Notes: generated by a model from the letters alone, not told the origin. A stretch of 64,000 bases of DNA from Nitrososphaeria archaeon (GCA_046536595.1 JAWDMM010000001.1:19477-83476), one strand, 5' to 3'. Positions 1 through 10,073 are shown, counted from the first letter of the stretch. Numbers and translations: made by a program.

Positions 1-1
1 A

Positions 2-526
2 ATCTTAAGCGAATTAGGCGTGAAGAATGTAAAAGTTAGACAGATCTATAAAGGTAAGTGCGCAGATCATGAGCTAGACGTTGTTTACCAGAGCCAAAAA
101 GGAAAAGAATTCGCAGAAATGAAGTACCACAATCAATTTGGCATATACACAGGGCTTAAAGAAGCCCTGTACACTTATATGAGGTTCATAGACCTAAATG
201 ATTCTGGGAACAATTTTGCAAAAGCGAACCTAGTTACCAATACTAAAATTTCTGAAGAAGCTGTAAGATTTTCAAACTGCAAAGAAATGGGAATACTAGC
301 ATGGAAATACCCTCCTGGTAATGGGCTTGAGAAGCTTATAGAAAGTACAGGTACTTATCCAGTAACTGCACTTGTCAACTTTCTATCTGAAGAAAAAATT
401 AAAGAGCTGATGGAACTAAAGATCATAACTCTAAAAGATCTTATAACTGCTTATGAAAGCAAGGCACTTCCAAAGAATTACGAGGAAGCTTACAGGATCG
501 CCAGAATCTCAATTTATGGATATTAA
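2..526 (+). CDS. C-terminal part of a hypothetical protein that runs off the 5' edge; possible PD-(D/E)xK nuclease-like core
   Basis: The frame stays open back to nt 2 (ILSELG lies upstream of the GTG the track used). 'HELDVVYQSQKGKEFAEMKY' loosely fits a D-x(n)-E-x-K nuclease signature. No other motif was recognised. Confidence 0.35.
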   Translation: MLSELGVKNVKVRQIYKGKCADHELDVVYQSQKGKEFAEMKYHNQFGIYTGLKEALYTYMRFIDLNDSGNNFAKANLVTNTKISEEAVRFSNCKEMGILAWKYPPGNGLEKLIESTGTYPVTALVNFLSEEKIKELMELKIITLKDLITAYESKALPKNYEEAYRIARISIYGY

Positions 527-806
527 TTTTGTTTGAAAAATTACAATCTGTTTTGATTGACTAAGATCTTGTTATACTCATTCCTGGCCATAGAGAGCTG
601 GTTTTCGAATCTTTTTTCATTATCTCGAGATAAAATAGCCGACACAAACAGTTTCAAAATAAATGGCTTTATATTGGTGCTTGTCATATAATATTTTGTG
701 CCTGAAAGATCTTGAAAGAGGCATTTTGCTCCTTGGCCTTCACTTAAGGACCATTATTAGATATTCAAGAGATTCTTATACACAAAAAGATAGGAGGTTG
801 TGAAGC

Positions 807-1061
807 GTGATAAAGAGCTATTCGCTTAAGCATGAGCTCGGGGATGAGCTCTTTTCACTCCTCAAAGCTTACAGGGACGCTGTTAACAGCGTGATTGAAG
901 AGCTTTGAATTAGCATAGAGTGGGAAAAAAGGAAGGTTAATGGAAAGAAGCAGTGGAGGCTCTTACCAAAATACAAGGTGGATATTCACAGCAGAGAGTA
1001 CAAGAAGAAGCTCAGGGACAGCCTCCTTGTGGATTGGACTTACGCAAACACTGTTCCATAA
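807..1061 (+). pseudogene. N-terminal fragment of an IS200/IS605-family TnpB (OrfB) gene, with an in-frame stop and a 3' truncation
   Basis: From GTG 807, preceded by ggaggt, the translation reads VIKSYSLKHELGDELFSLLKAYRDAVNSVIEEL*ISIEWEKRKVNGKKQWRLLPKYKVDIHSREYKKKLRDSLLVDWTYANTVP*. This matches the typical archaeal TnpB N-terminus as I remember it. TGA at 906-908 sits where W (TGG) is expected. The reading frame ends after about 84 codons, whereas intact TnpB proteins are roughly 400 aa. Local GC is higher than the flanks. Confidence 0.6.
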
Positions 1062-1079
1062 AATTTGATATATCAAATT
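1062..1079. promoter_or_regulatory. Perfect 18-bp palindrome aatttgata|tatcaaatt, just upstream of a TATA-like ctttaaaaac and the TTG start at 1124
   Basis: Seen directly in the sequence. It abuts the end of the TnpB fragment and lies about 45 nt upstream of ORF 1124. Its function is not known. Confidence 0.3.
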
Positions 1080-1123
1080 AAAAAACCTTTTCTTTAAAAA
1101 CATAAAATGATTTTGTAAATCAT

Positions 1124-1711
1124 TTGAGCTTTATACAAAAAGGCGAACTCTCAAAGTTTTTAAATTTGGAAAATATAATTGTTTATGATTTGTATAACAG
1201 AAACCTCACATCTGATTTTGGAGATGAGGTTGTGCCTCTATATGAGATCATCAACATATTAAAACCAAACGAAAATGACATAGTATTAAGCATAGGGGAT
1301 ATAAATGGGTATTATTCCCTAGTATTGAGAAAGTATGCAAAAGAAGTTCACGTGTTGGTGCCTGAAGATCTTTGGTTTGAATATATTAAGAGGCTTGCTG
1401 TAAAGTTCGGAGCCAAAAATGTAATTCCACACAAAGAAGACCCATGCGCCAATATAAGTTTAGAAAAATTTGATAAATTTTTCATAAAAGCAAGAGAGAT
1501 GGACCTAGAATGTATATCAAGTATTTCAAAAACTTTAATAAAACAAGAAACAGTAAAGTCAGGCATCATCATAGGTGTGCATTCTCCTCCCTTTTACAGG
1601 ACTTCTGATTTACTTCCCGAAGCGATTGAAAATACATTTAAAAATTCTGGTTTCTCTTTAAAATTTAAAGTTAATTTTAGATACCATTATGCCATGTACT
1701 TTTCTAAATAA
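1124..1711 (+). CDS. Small putative SAM-dependent methyltransferase-like protein (195 aa)
   Basis: TTG start; there is no in-frame ATG near the 5' end. 'DIVLSIGDINGYYSLVLRKYAKEVHVLVPED' resembles a degenerate motif I plus an acidic loop. 'GIIIGVHSPPFY' resembles the (D/N/S)PP(Y/F) motif IV that follows a beta strand. The protein is short for a DNA methyltransferase. Confidence 0.4.
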   Translation: MSFIQKGELSKFLNLENIIVYDLYNRNLTSDFGDEVVPLYEIINILKPNENDIVLSIGDINGYYSLVLRKYAKEVHVLVPEDLWFEYIKRLAVKFGAKNVIPHKEDPCANISLEKFDKFFIKAREMDLECISSISKTLIKQETVKSGIIIGVHSPPFYRTSDLLPEAIENTFKNSGFSLKFKVNFRYHYAMYFSK

Positions 1712-1764
1712 CGCTTGAATTTATTAGCAATATTTATTATTTCCACATATATAACAAGTTCATA

Positions 1765-2112
1765 TTGAGAACAGTCTGTGAAGAAGTCGTAAGGTATGTG
1801 CTCCCTGCGTATAGAAGTCTGATTGCTAGAAAGCTAGTTAATGATTACGGGTTAACACAAGAAGAAGTGTCAAAAATAATGGGCGTATCACAGGCTGTAG
1901 TAAGTTATTATGTTTCTAACAAAAGGGGAAAAGGCATTTCAAAATATGAAAAAGTAGAACTTCTTCAGAAAGAGGCTGAAAAATCAGCAAGAAGGTTAGT
2001 TAACGGTGAATCTTCGATCAAGATCGCTAAAGAATTTTGTGAAATATGTAAGGTGCTCAGGGAAAGCAATATCATAAAAGATGAGCAGCTCATCATTACT
2101 TGCGATAAATAA
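1765..2112 (+). CDS. HTH transcriptional regulator (archaeal COG2522-like, with a C-terminal CxxC)
   Basis: 'CEEVVRYVLPAYRSLIARKLVNDYGLTQEEVSKIMGVSQAVVSYYVSNKRG' is the conserved N-terminal HTH of this small archaeal regulator family. TTG start. Confidence 0.65.
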   Translation: MRTVCEEVVRYVLPAYRSLIARKLVNDYGLTQEEVSKIMGVSQAVVSYYVSNKRGKGISKYEKVELLQKEAEKSARRLVNGESSIKIAKEFCEICKVLRESNIIKDEQLIITCDK

Positions 2113-2132
2113 ACGGCCTAGTGAACTGATGA

Positions 2133-3578
2133 TTAAAAATCAAAATACAGTTTAAACTCATAAGGATGAGGCCTAGCCGCTACTGAATAGTATTCATCGT
2201 ACTTTATTTTAATATATTTTTCAAGCATAGTATCTGAAAAGAATGGCTTAAGGTACTGATTGTCTGAAAGAAGTTCTTCGATAGCTTCTTTTAAGCTTCC
2301 AGGCAGTTTTTTAATGTTGTAGTTTCTCAACTCAGATTCTGACAGTTCGTAAAGGTTCCTGTCTACAGGATCTCCAGGATCTATCTTTTTATTTATGCCA
2401 TCTAAACCCGCGAGCAATATAGCTGATAAAGCCAGATAAGGATTGCAGCTCGGATCGGGTGTTCTAAATTCTACTCTCTTTTCTGAAGGGGAAGCCTTTC
2501 TGTAAGCGGGTATTCTAACATTGGCACTCCTGTTCCCTCTGCTCCATGCTATAAAGGTAGGAGCCTCATAACCTGGCACCAACCTCTTGTAACTGTTTGT
2601 CGTTGGTGCTACAATGGCTGCTAAGGATCTGCTATGTGTTAAAAGACCACCAACAAAGTACCTGCCTGTCTGACTGAGCTCAGCGTATCTATCATTTTCA
2701 TCATAAAAAAGGTTCTGCTTTACATTATATTCATTACCTTCCCATATACTTACGTGAACGTGCATGCCGCTTCCATTTTCTCCAAACACTGGTTTAGGCA
2801 TAAAAGTAGCATATTTCCCCATCATGCTTGCAGCGTTTGATGCGACGTATTTTACAGTTAGAATTCCATCAGCAGCACCAACCAAAGTATCCTTTTCAAA
2901 ATTTATTTCAACTTGCCCAACAGCAGCTACTTCATGATGATGGACCAATGGTAAATAACCAAAAGAATAAAGATACTCAGAAACCACGTTACGGTATTCT
3001 GCTAAAGAATCAACAGGAGTTTCAGGATAATATCCTTGTTTTTCTCTCATTTTTAAAGGGTTTTGAGAAAATGGGGCCTCGTTAGAAATGACCTTATAAT
3101 ACTGTCTGTAACCGTACTCAGCGTCAAACCTTACATCATCAAAGACAAAAAACTCAACTTCTGGTCCAAAAAATGCAGTTAAACCCTTTTCAGTAAGGAA
3201 TTTCTGAACGTTTTCGGCAACTGCTCTTGAATCACTATCTAATCTAACCGTGCTCATCTCAGACATAATACCGCCTATAAATCTAGCTTCTTTTTGATTC
3301 CATGGAATTTTTGAAAATGTACTTATATCTGGTATAAAAACAAGATCAGAATCATCGATATCAGTAAAGCCCATTATGCTGCTACCATCGACCTTTGGAA
3401 AGCCTTCTTTGAAAACATTTTCATTTATTTCATATGATGGAATAGAAAAGTGCTGAAGTTTCCCTCTTAAATCTGCAAATTGCATGCTAACAAATTTGAC
3501 CTCTTTAAGAGATTTCAATGTTTCATCTAATGTTATGTTCCTTGGTACTTTTTTTCCATTTTCTATAACGTATGGCAT
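2133..3578 (-). CDS. glnA: Glutamine synthetase, type I
   Basis: 481 aa. Carries 'FGENGSGMHVHVSIW' (the GSGMHxHxS signature), 'NSYKRLVPGYEAP' and 'NPYLALSAILLAGLDG'. Confidence 0.95.
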   Translation of the reverse strand: MPYVIENGKKVPRNITLDETLKSLKEVKFVSMQFADLRGKLQHFSIPSYEINENVFKEGFPKVDGSSIMGFTDIDDSDLVFIPDISTFSKIPWNQKEARFIGGIMSEMSTVRLDSDSRAVAENVQKFLTEKGLTAFFGPEVEFFVFDDVRFDAEYGYRQYYKVISNEAPFSQNPLKMREKQGYYPETPVDSLAEYRNVVSEYLYSFGYLPLVHHHEVAAVGQVEINFEKDTLVGAADGILTVKYVASNAASMMGKYATFMPKPVFGENGSGMHVHVSIWEGNEYNVKQNLFYDENDRYAELSQTGRYFVGGLLTHSRSLAAIVAPTTNSYKRLVPGYEAPTFIAWSRGNRSANVRIPAYRKASPSEKRVEFRTPDPSCNPYLALSAILLAGLDGINKKIDPGDPVDRNLYELSESELRNYNIKKLPGSLKEAIEELLSDNQYLKPFFSDTMLEKYIKIKYDEYYSVAARPHPYEFKLYFDF

Positions 3579-3868
3579 TATGGCTGATATTTAAATTTGA
3601 ATATTTTATAAAGTTTACTGTTAAAATATGAACAATTTAACAATCATAACGATAATAATGGAATTAAGTTTAAAATTTTATCGTAGTTAATAAACATTGT
3701 TTAAGGTATACTTTCTTATGGTAAAAGACATCACTTTGCTTTTTTATTAAAATAGATTGATCAATATAAGCCCCCTGTAAACTTAATATCGTTTATAAGA
3801 TTCAGCGTTAGTTAATAACAATTTTAATAAATTATTTATATATTATGGGTTGTGTTAGGAGCCTGTAA

Positions 3869-6682
3869 ATGTATAAAAATAAATATGGATTTGAAGCTTT
3901 AAGTGAACCCATAAAAGCTTTGTTAAAAGAGAGAGGGCTAGAAGAACCCTCCGAAATTCAGAAATTGGCTATACCCGCTATACTCAATGGTGAAAATGCT
4001 TTACTGATTTCCCCTACCGGATCTGGAAAAACTGAGGCCGCAATGCTTCCATTGTTTGACCTTATGCTTAAAAATGGAAAAAATGGTCTTACAATGCTTT
4101 ACATATCACCGCTTAGAGCTTTGAACAGAGATCTGTTAGATAGGTTGAGCTGGTGGGCGCAAAGGCTTGATTTTAGAATGGCTGTAAGGCATGGTGATAC
4201 AAGTAAAGAAGAGAGAAGACAGCAGGTTCTTGCTCCGCCAAATTTGCTTATAACCACTCCAGAAACCTTGCAAATAATTCTTGTTGCCAAGAAACTCAGA
4301 GAACTTTTAAAAAATGTAAGACACGTAGTGGTTGATGAAGTGCATGAACTGGCAAACGATAAAAGGGGCACACAATTGGCAGTTAGTTTACAGAGACTGA
4401 AAAGGCTTACAAAAAATGATTTACAAATAGTAGGTCTATCTGCAACTGTTGGCAACGCCAACGAAGTTGCAAAATTTTTAGTCGAATCAGGAAAAGATAT
4501 TCGGGTAATTTCTGCTTTTCCAAAAAAACTTTTTTCGTTTAAAATTGTATATCATAAAGCTAAAGACAAAACTGAAGGGCCATTGCTTCCAGATTTAACA
4601 GTAAGGCTTGAAGAATTATTAAAAGAGGTCAAAGGTAAAAAAGCGCTCATTTTTACAAATACAAGAAGCGAAGCCGAGTCACTTGCAAGCAAAATTAGGA
4701 TTATTGACCCAACCTATCCTGTAGCTATTCATCACGGAAGCCTTTCAGCAGAAACGCGCAGCAATGCTGAAACCGGTATTAAGTACGGCAAAATTTCAGG
4801 TGTTATATGCACCTCAAGCCTGGAACTTGGAATAGACATAGGAGACTTGGACCTTATAGTTCAGTATAATTCTCCTAGACAGGCTTCAAAGCTTGTTCAA
4901 AGAACAGGGAGAAGCGGCCACAGCTTAAAAAAGGTTAGTAAAGGAGTCATAATAGTTCAGGACGCAGACGATGCTCTTGAAGCTTCAGTTTTGGCAAAAA
5001 TGGGCATGGAAGGAAAGGTTGAGCCAATAATAATACCTGAAAAGCCCGCTGATGTGATGATGCAACAGATAGCTGGATTGATGATGGAGAATCTAGTTCT
5101 TAAAATTGATGAGCTTTTAGATATCTTTAAAAAAACATACCCATATAAAGATCTCTCATTAAACGAACTCAATAAAATAATTAGTTTTATGAATGATAGA
5201 AAACCGCCGTTGCTAAGGTACAAAGAAGGAGCTGTATTGAAGCCGTCGAGAGCTGGACCACTTTACGAATATTATTTTTCAAATTTAAGCATGATTCCGG
5301 AGGAAGTTAACTATATAGTTATCAATGAGGATAACGACGAACCCATCGGCCAGCTCGATGAAAGCTTTATTTCAGAATATGGTGAGATAGGAACAAAATT
5401 CATTCTTGCCGGTAATGCCTGGGTTATAACCAACGTCGTTAAAAACAGAGTGTATGCCAAAGCTGCTAAAGATCCTTTAGGAGCTATACCTAGCTGGATA
5501 GGTGAAGAAATACCAGTAATAAAAGAAGTAGCTCAGGAAGTGGGGAAAATAAGGGGAATATTGGCTGATTTTATAAAGAAAGGAAATGTAGAAAAGGCGA
5601 AAGAGTTTCTAAAAGAACATTTCCCGTTAGACGACGAATCTGCTGAAAACGTCCTTATTGAGATAGCACTGCAAGTCAAAAGAGGTTTAGAAGTTCCTTC
5701 TGACCGTATAATAACTTTAGAATCGCACAGCCCATACCTGATAATCCATACACACATAGGGCTGCTGGGAAACAGAACCCTCGCAAGAATGCTTGTTCAT
5801 CTTATAAGTGAAGAAACTACAAGGCCCGTTAAAGTAAAGAACGATCCTTACAGAATAATATTTGAAGTTACTGGCATAGATTCAGGAATACTTGAAAAAA
5901 TTTTCAAAAACCTAGCTAATTATGATTTAGAGGATTTGGCTAAAAGGTCTTGCGAAAACACAGGAATTTTTAGAAGAAGGTTAATTCAAGCGGCAAGAAA
6001 AATGGGCGTTATTGAGCATGAAAAAATGATAACCCTTTCTGAAGCTAAAGTTTTAGCGGAAACTCTCAAAGGGACGCCTGTATATGAAGAAGCCATGAGA
6101 ACTATGCTTGAACAGGATCTTGACTGGAAAGCTGTACATGAGTTGATTAACGATTTATTAACTGGAAAAAAAGCGTTGATTAACTTTGGCGAGCTAGATG
6201 AACCTTCACCTATAGCTCTTATAGGAATAGAGGAAATGGCGAGACAAGGTGAAGTAATAGATCCCTCCAGGCTTAAAAGGCTTATAATTGAAGGAGGAAA
6301 AGCGCGAAGCCTTGGATGCATAAAAACAGCTTACTGCTTCTCATGCGGTGCTGTTTACACCATCCAACCTTATTATCTTGGTGATCCTCCAAGGTGCGAA
6401 CAGTGTGGATCTACCGAAATAACGCTTTTAGATGAAGGTGAAGATTTTGTAAGGGAGAATATCTTGAGAAATAAAAAATATTCTGAAGAAGCAAAAAAAG
6501 TTATGGAGTTTTTAAAAAAATACGGAAGACGCGGAGCTATAACTCTCTGTTTTGATATACCTAAAAATATGAGAGAGGAGCTGGCTGCAATACAGGACGA
6601 TGAAATGTTTTATTATTCTCTAATGGAAACTGAAAGAAAAAGATCTTTAGCGTTTTTAAAGATTAAAAAATCAAGGAGCTAA
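3869..6682 (+). CDS. Lhr-type SF2 ATP-dependent helicase (DEVH box) with a C-terminal zinc ribbon
   Basis: 937 aa. Walker A 'SPTGSGKTEAA', 'VVVDEVHEL', motif VI 'QRTGRSGH', and C-terminal 'CFSCG...CEQCGS'. Confidence 0.85.
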   Translation: MYKNKYGFEALSEPIKALLKERGLEEPSEIQKLAIPAILNGENALLISPTGSGKTEAAMLPLFDLMLKNGKNGLTMLYISPLRALNRDLLDRLSWWAQRLDFRMAVRHGDTSKEERRQQVLAPPNLLITTPETLQIILVAKKLRELLKNVRHVVVDEVHELANDKRGTQLAVSLQRLKRLTKNDLQIVGLSATVGNANEVAKFLVESGKDIRVISAFPKKLFSFKIVYHKAKDKTEGPLLPDLTVRLEELLKEVKGKKALIFTNTRSEAESLASKIRIIDPTYPVAIHHGSLSAETRSNAETGIKYGKISGVICTSSLELGIDIGDLDLIVQYNSPRQASKLVQRTGRSGHSLKKVSKGVIIVQDADDALEASVLAKMGMEGKVEPIIIPEKPADVMMQQIAGLMMENLVLKIDELLDIFKKTYPYKDLSLNELNKIISFMNDRKPPLLRYKEGAVLKPSRAGPLYEYYFSNLSMIPEEVNYIVINEDNDEPIGQLDESFISEYGEIGTKFILAGNAWVITNVVKNRVYAKAAKDPLGAIPSWIGEEIPVIKEVAQEVGKIRGILADFIKKGNVEKAKEFLKEHFPLDDESAENVLIEIALQVKRGLEVPSDRIITLESHSPYLIIHTHIGLLGNRTLARMLVHLISEETTRPVKVKNDPYRIIFEVTGIDSGILEKIFKNLANYDLEDLAKRSCENTGIFRRRLIQAARKMGVIEHEKMITLSEAKVLAETLKGTPVYEEAMRTMLEQDLDWKAVHELINDLLTGKKALINFGELDEPSPIALIGIEEMARQGEVIDPSRLKRLIIEGGKARSLGCIKTAYCFSCGAVYTIQPYYLGDPPRCEQCGSTEITLLDEGEDFVRENILRNKKYSEEAKKVMEFLKKYGRRGAITLCFDIPKNMREELAAIQDDEMFYYSLMETERKRSLAFLKIKKSRS

Positions 6683-7921
6683 ATGTTTTGAATCCCGGGG
6701 ATAAAGAACAACTTCTCGTATGTTGTTTCTTCCAGCTAATACCATCATGAGCCTGTCGAAACCCAATCCCCATCCCGAGTGGACAGGCATTCCCCATCTG
6801 TAAACTTTCAGGTGCTCTGAAAAACTTTCCGGATTTAGGTTGTTAGCCTTTAATCTCTCGACCAAAAGATCATGTTTATGTATTCTTTGCCCGCCAGATG
6901 CCAGTTCGAGACCCTTATACATTAAATCAAACGATTCACTTAATTTTTCTCCCTTAGGCATTGTATAAAATGGCTTTAAAGAAAGAGGCCAATCTATGAT
7001 AAAGTAAAATTCTTTATCTTTGCCAAATTCGTTCAATACGTCAGTTGTTAGATCTTCACCAAATTTTACCCCTGTACTATCGCATACCTGTTCGTATGTA
7101 TATATCGGAAAATTGTCTTTAATTTCATTGACCTGATAACCTCTAGCTCTTAATGAGGTGTGAACGTGCTTTATGAGTTCTTCAAGAATTTTCATAACGT
7201 CAAACTTTTCCATCATGGCCGCTTCTATATCAACGCTTGTGAATTCATTGAGGTGTTTTACGGTGTTTGATTTTTCTGCTCTAAAATAATGAGCAATTTC
7301 AAAAACTTTACCAAGAGCTAAAACTAGCTCTTCTTTATATAGCTGCGGGCTCTGAGCTAGGTACGCTGGCCTTCCAAAATAATCAACCTTAAAAAGTTCT
7401 GCTCCCCCCTCTGATGCCGTTGCAATTATTTTTGGCGTATCTACCTCAACAAATCCATTTTGAGTTAAAAAATCCCTTATTATATGTAAAACATCGGCGC
7501 GCATCAAAAATATCTTTCTTTCTTCAGAATCTCTGAGGTCGAGGGGCCTGTTGTTTACCCTCGTCATAAGTTCGCTTTGCACTTTTGACGCTGGATCTAA
7601 AGGAAGAACCTTATCAGCCTCGTTTACGATTTCCAAGAAATCAACCTGGACCTCATATGGATTTATTTTTGACCTGCTTTTAACAACGTTTCCTCTTAAA
7701 ATGACATAGCTCTGTCTTGATATTGAAGAACCTTTTTGTGCTAATTCACCTTTTAATACTGCCTGATAATAACCGTAAGGATCGCCAATCACTAAAAACG
7801 TTAATTTGCCAAGGATTCTTATTTCGTGTACCCATCCGTGAAGCTCCACATATCTTCCTTCGTTCTTACCTAGCTCTGGCGACTGAACTCTTTTTGGTGA
7901 ACCTTCCTTTTTCAAACTCAA
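6671..7921 (-). CDS. aspS: Aspartyl-tRNA synthetase, archaeal/eukaryal type
   Basis: 416 aa. N-terminal OB fold ('VELHGWVHEIR'), class II motif 2 'FRAEKSNTVKHLNEFTSVDIE', and motif 3 'GWGLGFDRLMMVLAG'. Confidence 0.9.
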   Translation of the reverse strand: MSLKKEGSPKRVQSPELGKNEGRYVELHGWVHEIRILGKLTFLVIGDPYGYYQAVLKGELAQKGSSISRQSYVILRGNVVKSRSKINPYEVQVDFLEIVNEADKVLPLDPASKVQSELMTRVNNRPLDLRDSEERKIFLMRADVLHIIRDFLTQNGFVEVDTPKIIATASEGGAELFKVDYFGRPAYLAQSPQLYKEELVLALGKVFEIAHYFRAEKSNTVKHLNEFTSVDIEAAMMEKFDVMKILEELIKHVHTSLRARGYQVNEIKDNFPIYTYEQVCDSTGVKFGEDLTTDVLNEFGKDKEFYFIIDWPLSLKPFYTMPKGEKLSESFDLMYKGLELASGGQRIHKHDLLVERLKANNLNPESFSEHLKVYRWGMPVHSGWGLGFDRLMMVLAGRNNIREVVLYPRDSKHLAP

Positions 7922-8432
7922 ATACTATCTCGTCCCCCGTTATAATTTTTGTTATTTCTTTAACTTTATTTAAATCGATGGGCAAATTATATGTTTCCTG
8001 ACCAGCTATTACTGCCTTGATATGCCTTGAACCATCGGGAAGCCAAACTATGTTTATTGTCAAAAGCCTAATTGGATACATTAAATTTTCTAAAAACTGT
8101 CTTGTATCTGAAGTCTGTTCTGTAACCCAAACGTTACCAAGTGCTTCCCTCAGTTTTGTGATTATTTGCTTATTGTTCAAAACAATCTTTGCCTCACCTT
8201 GGTTGAATAAAAGGACATAATCATCTCCCACTTTGTAGGCTCTCTTAAGCGTTAATTTATCAAGAGCTGGAAGCTGATTTGCAAGTTTAGCAAGAATAAA
8301 AGATACTTTAACGTCAGCTTCTGTTATCTCTCCGTTTTTTAATCTCTCCTCACACTTCGGACATAATACCCCAACTTTTGCATCAAAAGTACATATTGGA
8401 AATTTCAAATATCGTTCAAAATGATTTAACAT
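7866..8432 (-). CDS. Zinc-ribbon plus KH-like RNA-binding protein (archaeal NusA-like family)
   Basis: 188 aa. The N-terminal 'ICTFDAKVGVLCPKCEERLKNGEITEADV' matches my memory of archaeal NusA-family KH proteins. The 3' end overlaps the aspS start by 56 nt. Confidence 0.5.
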   Translation of the reverse strand: MLNHFERYLKFPICTFDAKVGVLCPKCEERLKNGEITEADVKVSFILAKLANQLPALDKLTLKRAYKVGDDYVLLFNQGEAKIVLNNKQIITKLREALGNVWVTEQTSDTRQFLENLMYPIRLLTINIVWLPDGSRHIKAVIAGQETYNLPIDLNKVKEITKIITGDEIVFEFEKGRFTKKSSVARAR

Positions 8433-8480
8433 TTAGGGTTTTTAAACATATTCCTTTTATTAACTTAATTTTTAGAAATT

Positions 8481-9317
8481 TCATGAAAATACTTCTTTTA
8501 AAAAAGCAAATCTTTTATCAAAAGTGTATGTTGACGAAAAATAAGGATAAAGCGCTAGAACATCTATACCATTCTTATAAAAAACGTCTGAAACATTTTT
8601 TATAAAATCAGGTGAAGGATTTATAGCTATTACACCTTTAGCCTGAAGGTTACTGATTGCTTCCTCTCTCTTTGAATACAAAGCTAAGAGGTCTTCTATA
8701 ACACCCTCTTTTTTAAATAGCTCATAATACTGAGGAAAAGCTGCGTATTTTTGCAACTCGCTGACTGCCATGTGAATAGCCGCATCTTGTGTTTGTGCAA
8801 TAAAAATTTTAAAGTAAGAAATAACTTTTCTGTTTTCATTTTTAAAAACAGACGAAACCTTTCTTGCATGATCAAATGTTGAAAAATTAAGTATAATTCC
8901 ATCGCTTATATCTTTAACTCGTTTTGCCAACCCTTCCCTTAAAGTTGCAACAATAACTTTGATGCCTGTTTCTTCCTTAATTTTTAAAATTTTCTCTCTC
9001 ATACTAAAAATTGCCTGGGAAACATCTTCCTTCACAGAACCAAGCCCAACTCCTAAGAAGAATCTGTTTTCTACTAGTTCATTGATTGTTTTTATCTGCC
9101 TAATGAGTTCGTTAAGCTGCATCTCGTTTACCCTGATCACTCCTGGCCCGGCCAGAGTTTCTTTGTTTTTTAATAGTATAGAAAAAGAGAGCTGTATCGG
9201 GTCAATATCCTTTGAAACGTCTGGAATGAAAAAATACTCAGAAAATATGTTTTCAGCTATTTTTAAAGTTTCTAACGGCTTAAAGACTTCAGGTCTTAAA
9301 GCTAGGCCCATGCTCAT
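8481..9317 (-). CDS. Luciferase-like (LLM) TIM-barrel oxidoreductase, probably F420-dependent
   Basis: 278 aa. The LLM call rests on overall similarity from memory; I cannot cite a sharp motif. It lies 1 nt downstream of the F420 reductase gene. Confidence 0.55.
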   Translation of the reverse strand: MSMGLALRPEVFKPLETLKIAENIFSEYFFIPDVSKDIDPIQLSFSILLKNKETLAGPGVIRVNEMQLNELIRQIKTINELVENRFFLGVGLGSVKEDVSQAIFSMREKILKIKEETGIKVIVATLREGLAKRVKDISDGIILNFSTFDHARKVSSVFKNENRKVISYFKIFIAQTQDAAIHMAVSELQKYAAFPQYYELFKKEGVIEDLLALYSKREEAISNLQAKGVIAINPSPDFIKNVSDVFYKNGIDVLALYPYFSSTYTFDKRFAFLKEVFS

Positions 9318-9318
9318 T

Positions 9319-9981
9319 TTAAACTATCTTTAAGCTTGGGGCGTGCAAACCGTTGTTCAAAGCTATGTTTAAAAGAAGAGGCGTTAAGGACTCAAGATAC
9401 TTTGAAACATAGAGTTTGCCTGCATAAAACGGATTGAGCCCTTCAATGCTTGACACTATTTCTGCCGCATCTGCAAAGGTTGCTCGATCTTCAGCTGCAA
9501 TAAGCACATCATAATTTAACTTAGCGTTAAGATCAGAAAGCCTCATTGCCGGCACAGTATGAAAAGCGGATGCAACTCTCGCTCCCTGAAGGGTTGATCT
9601 TATAAGTTCTGCAGCAGAAACTTCTTTATCTCCTATCCGGAAAGGTTCATAAGAAAAGCCAAATTTCGTCTTTGTCATGGGTACTATTGGAGATATAAAG
9701 AGTTTACCTTCGTAATTCTTCAACGTGATCAAAAACTGAGGCAGAACTTCATGAGGAACGCTTATAATTATTTTGTCTGAACTTTCAACCGCTTCCTGAT
9801 TCGTTAGACCAGTAAACTTAAAATTGAAACCATACTTCTCAGCTTCTTTTTTATATTCTTCAGCTATTTTTTCTGCTTTTTCTTTTTCCCGTGAGCCAAT
9901 CACTACTTCGTTCTTTTTAGCCAGCCTTAGAGCGAGGCCTTTCCCAAGATCGCCTGTTCCGCCTAATATTGCAATTTTCAT
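9319..9981 (-). CDS. npdG: NADPH-dependent F420 reductase
   Basis: 220 aa. Rossmann motif 'MKIAILGGTGDLGKGLALRLAKK', with length and layout typical of NpdG/Fno. Confidence 0.8.
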   Translation of the reverse strand: MKIAILGGTGDLGKGLALRLAKKNEVVIGSREKEKAEKIAEEYKKEAEKYGFNFKFTGLTNQEAVESSDKIIISVPHEVLPQFLITLKNYEGKLFISPIVPMTKTKFGFSYEPFRIGDKEVSAAELIRSTLQGARVASAFHTVPAMRLSDLNAKLNYDVLIAAEDRATFADAAEIVSSIEGLNPFYAGKLYVSKYLESLTPLLLNIALNNGLHAPSLKIV

Positions 9982-10073
9982 TTGTAAATGTTTGATTTTT
10001 TTGTTTTATAAACTTTTAATTTTGTAAGAGGGGTAACAATCTTGGATATGTTTCTAATGCTTCTTAAAGTTTC

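Noticed and set aside
2126-2134. C/D-box sRNA candidates: a UGAUGA-like box at 2126-2134 and another at 32583-32590.
   Set aside because: No matching D box (CUGA) or terminal stem lies at an appropriate distance in either case.
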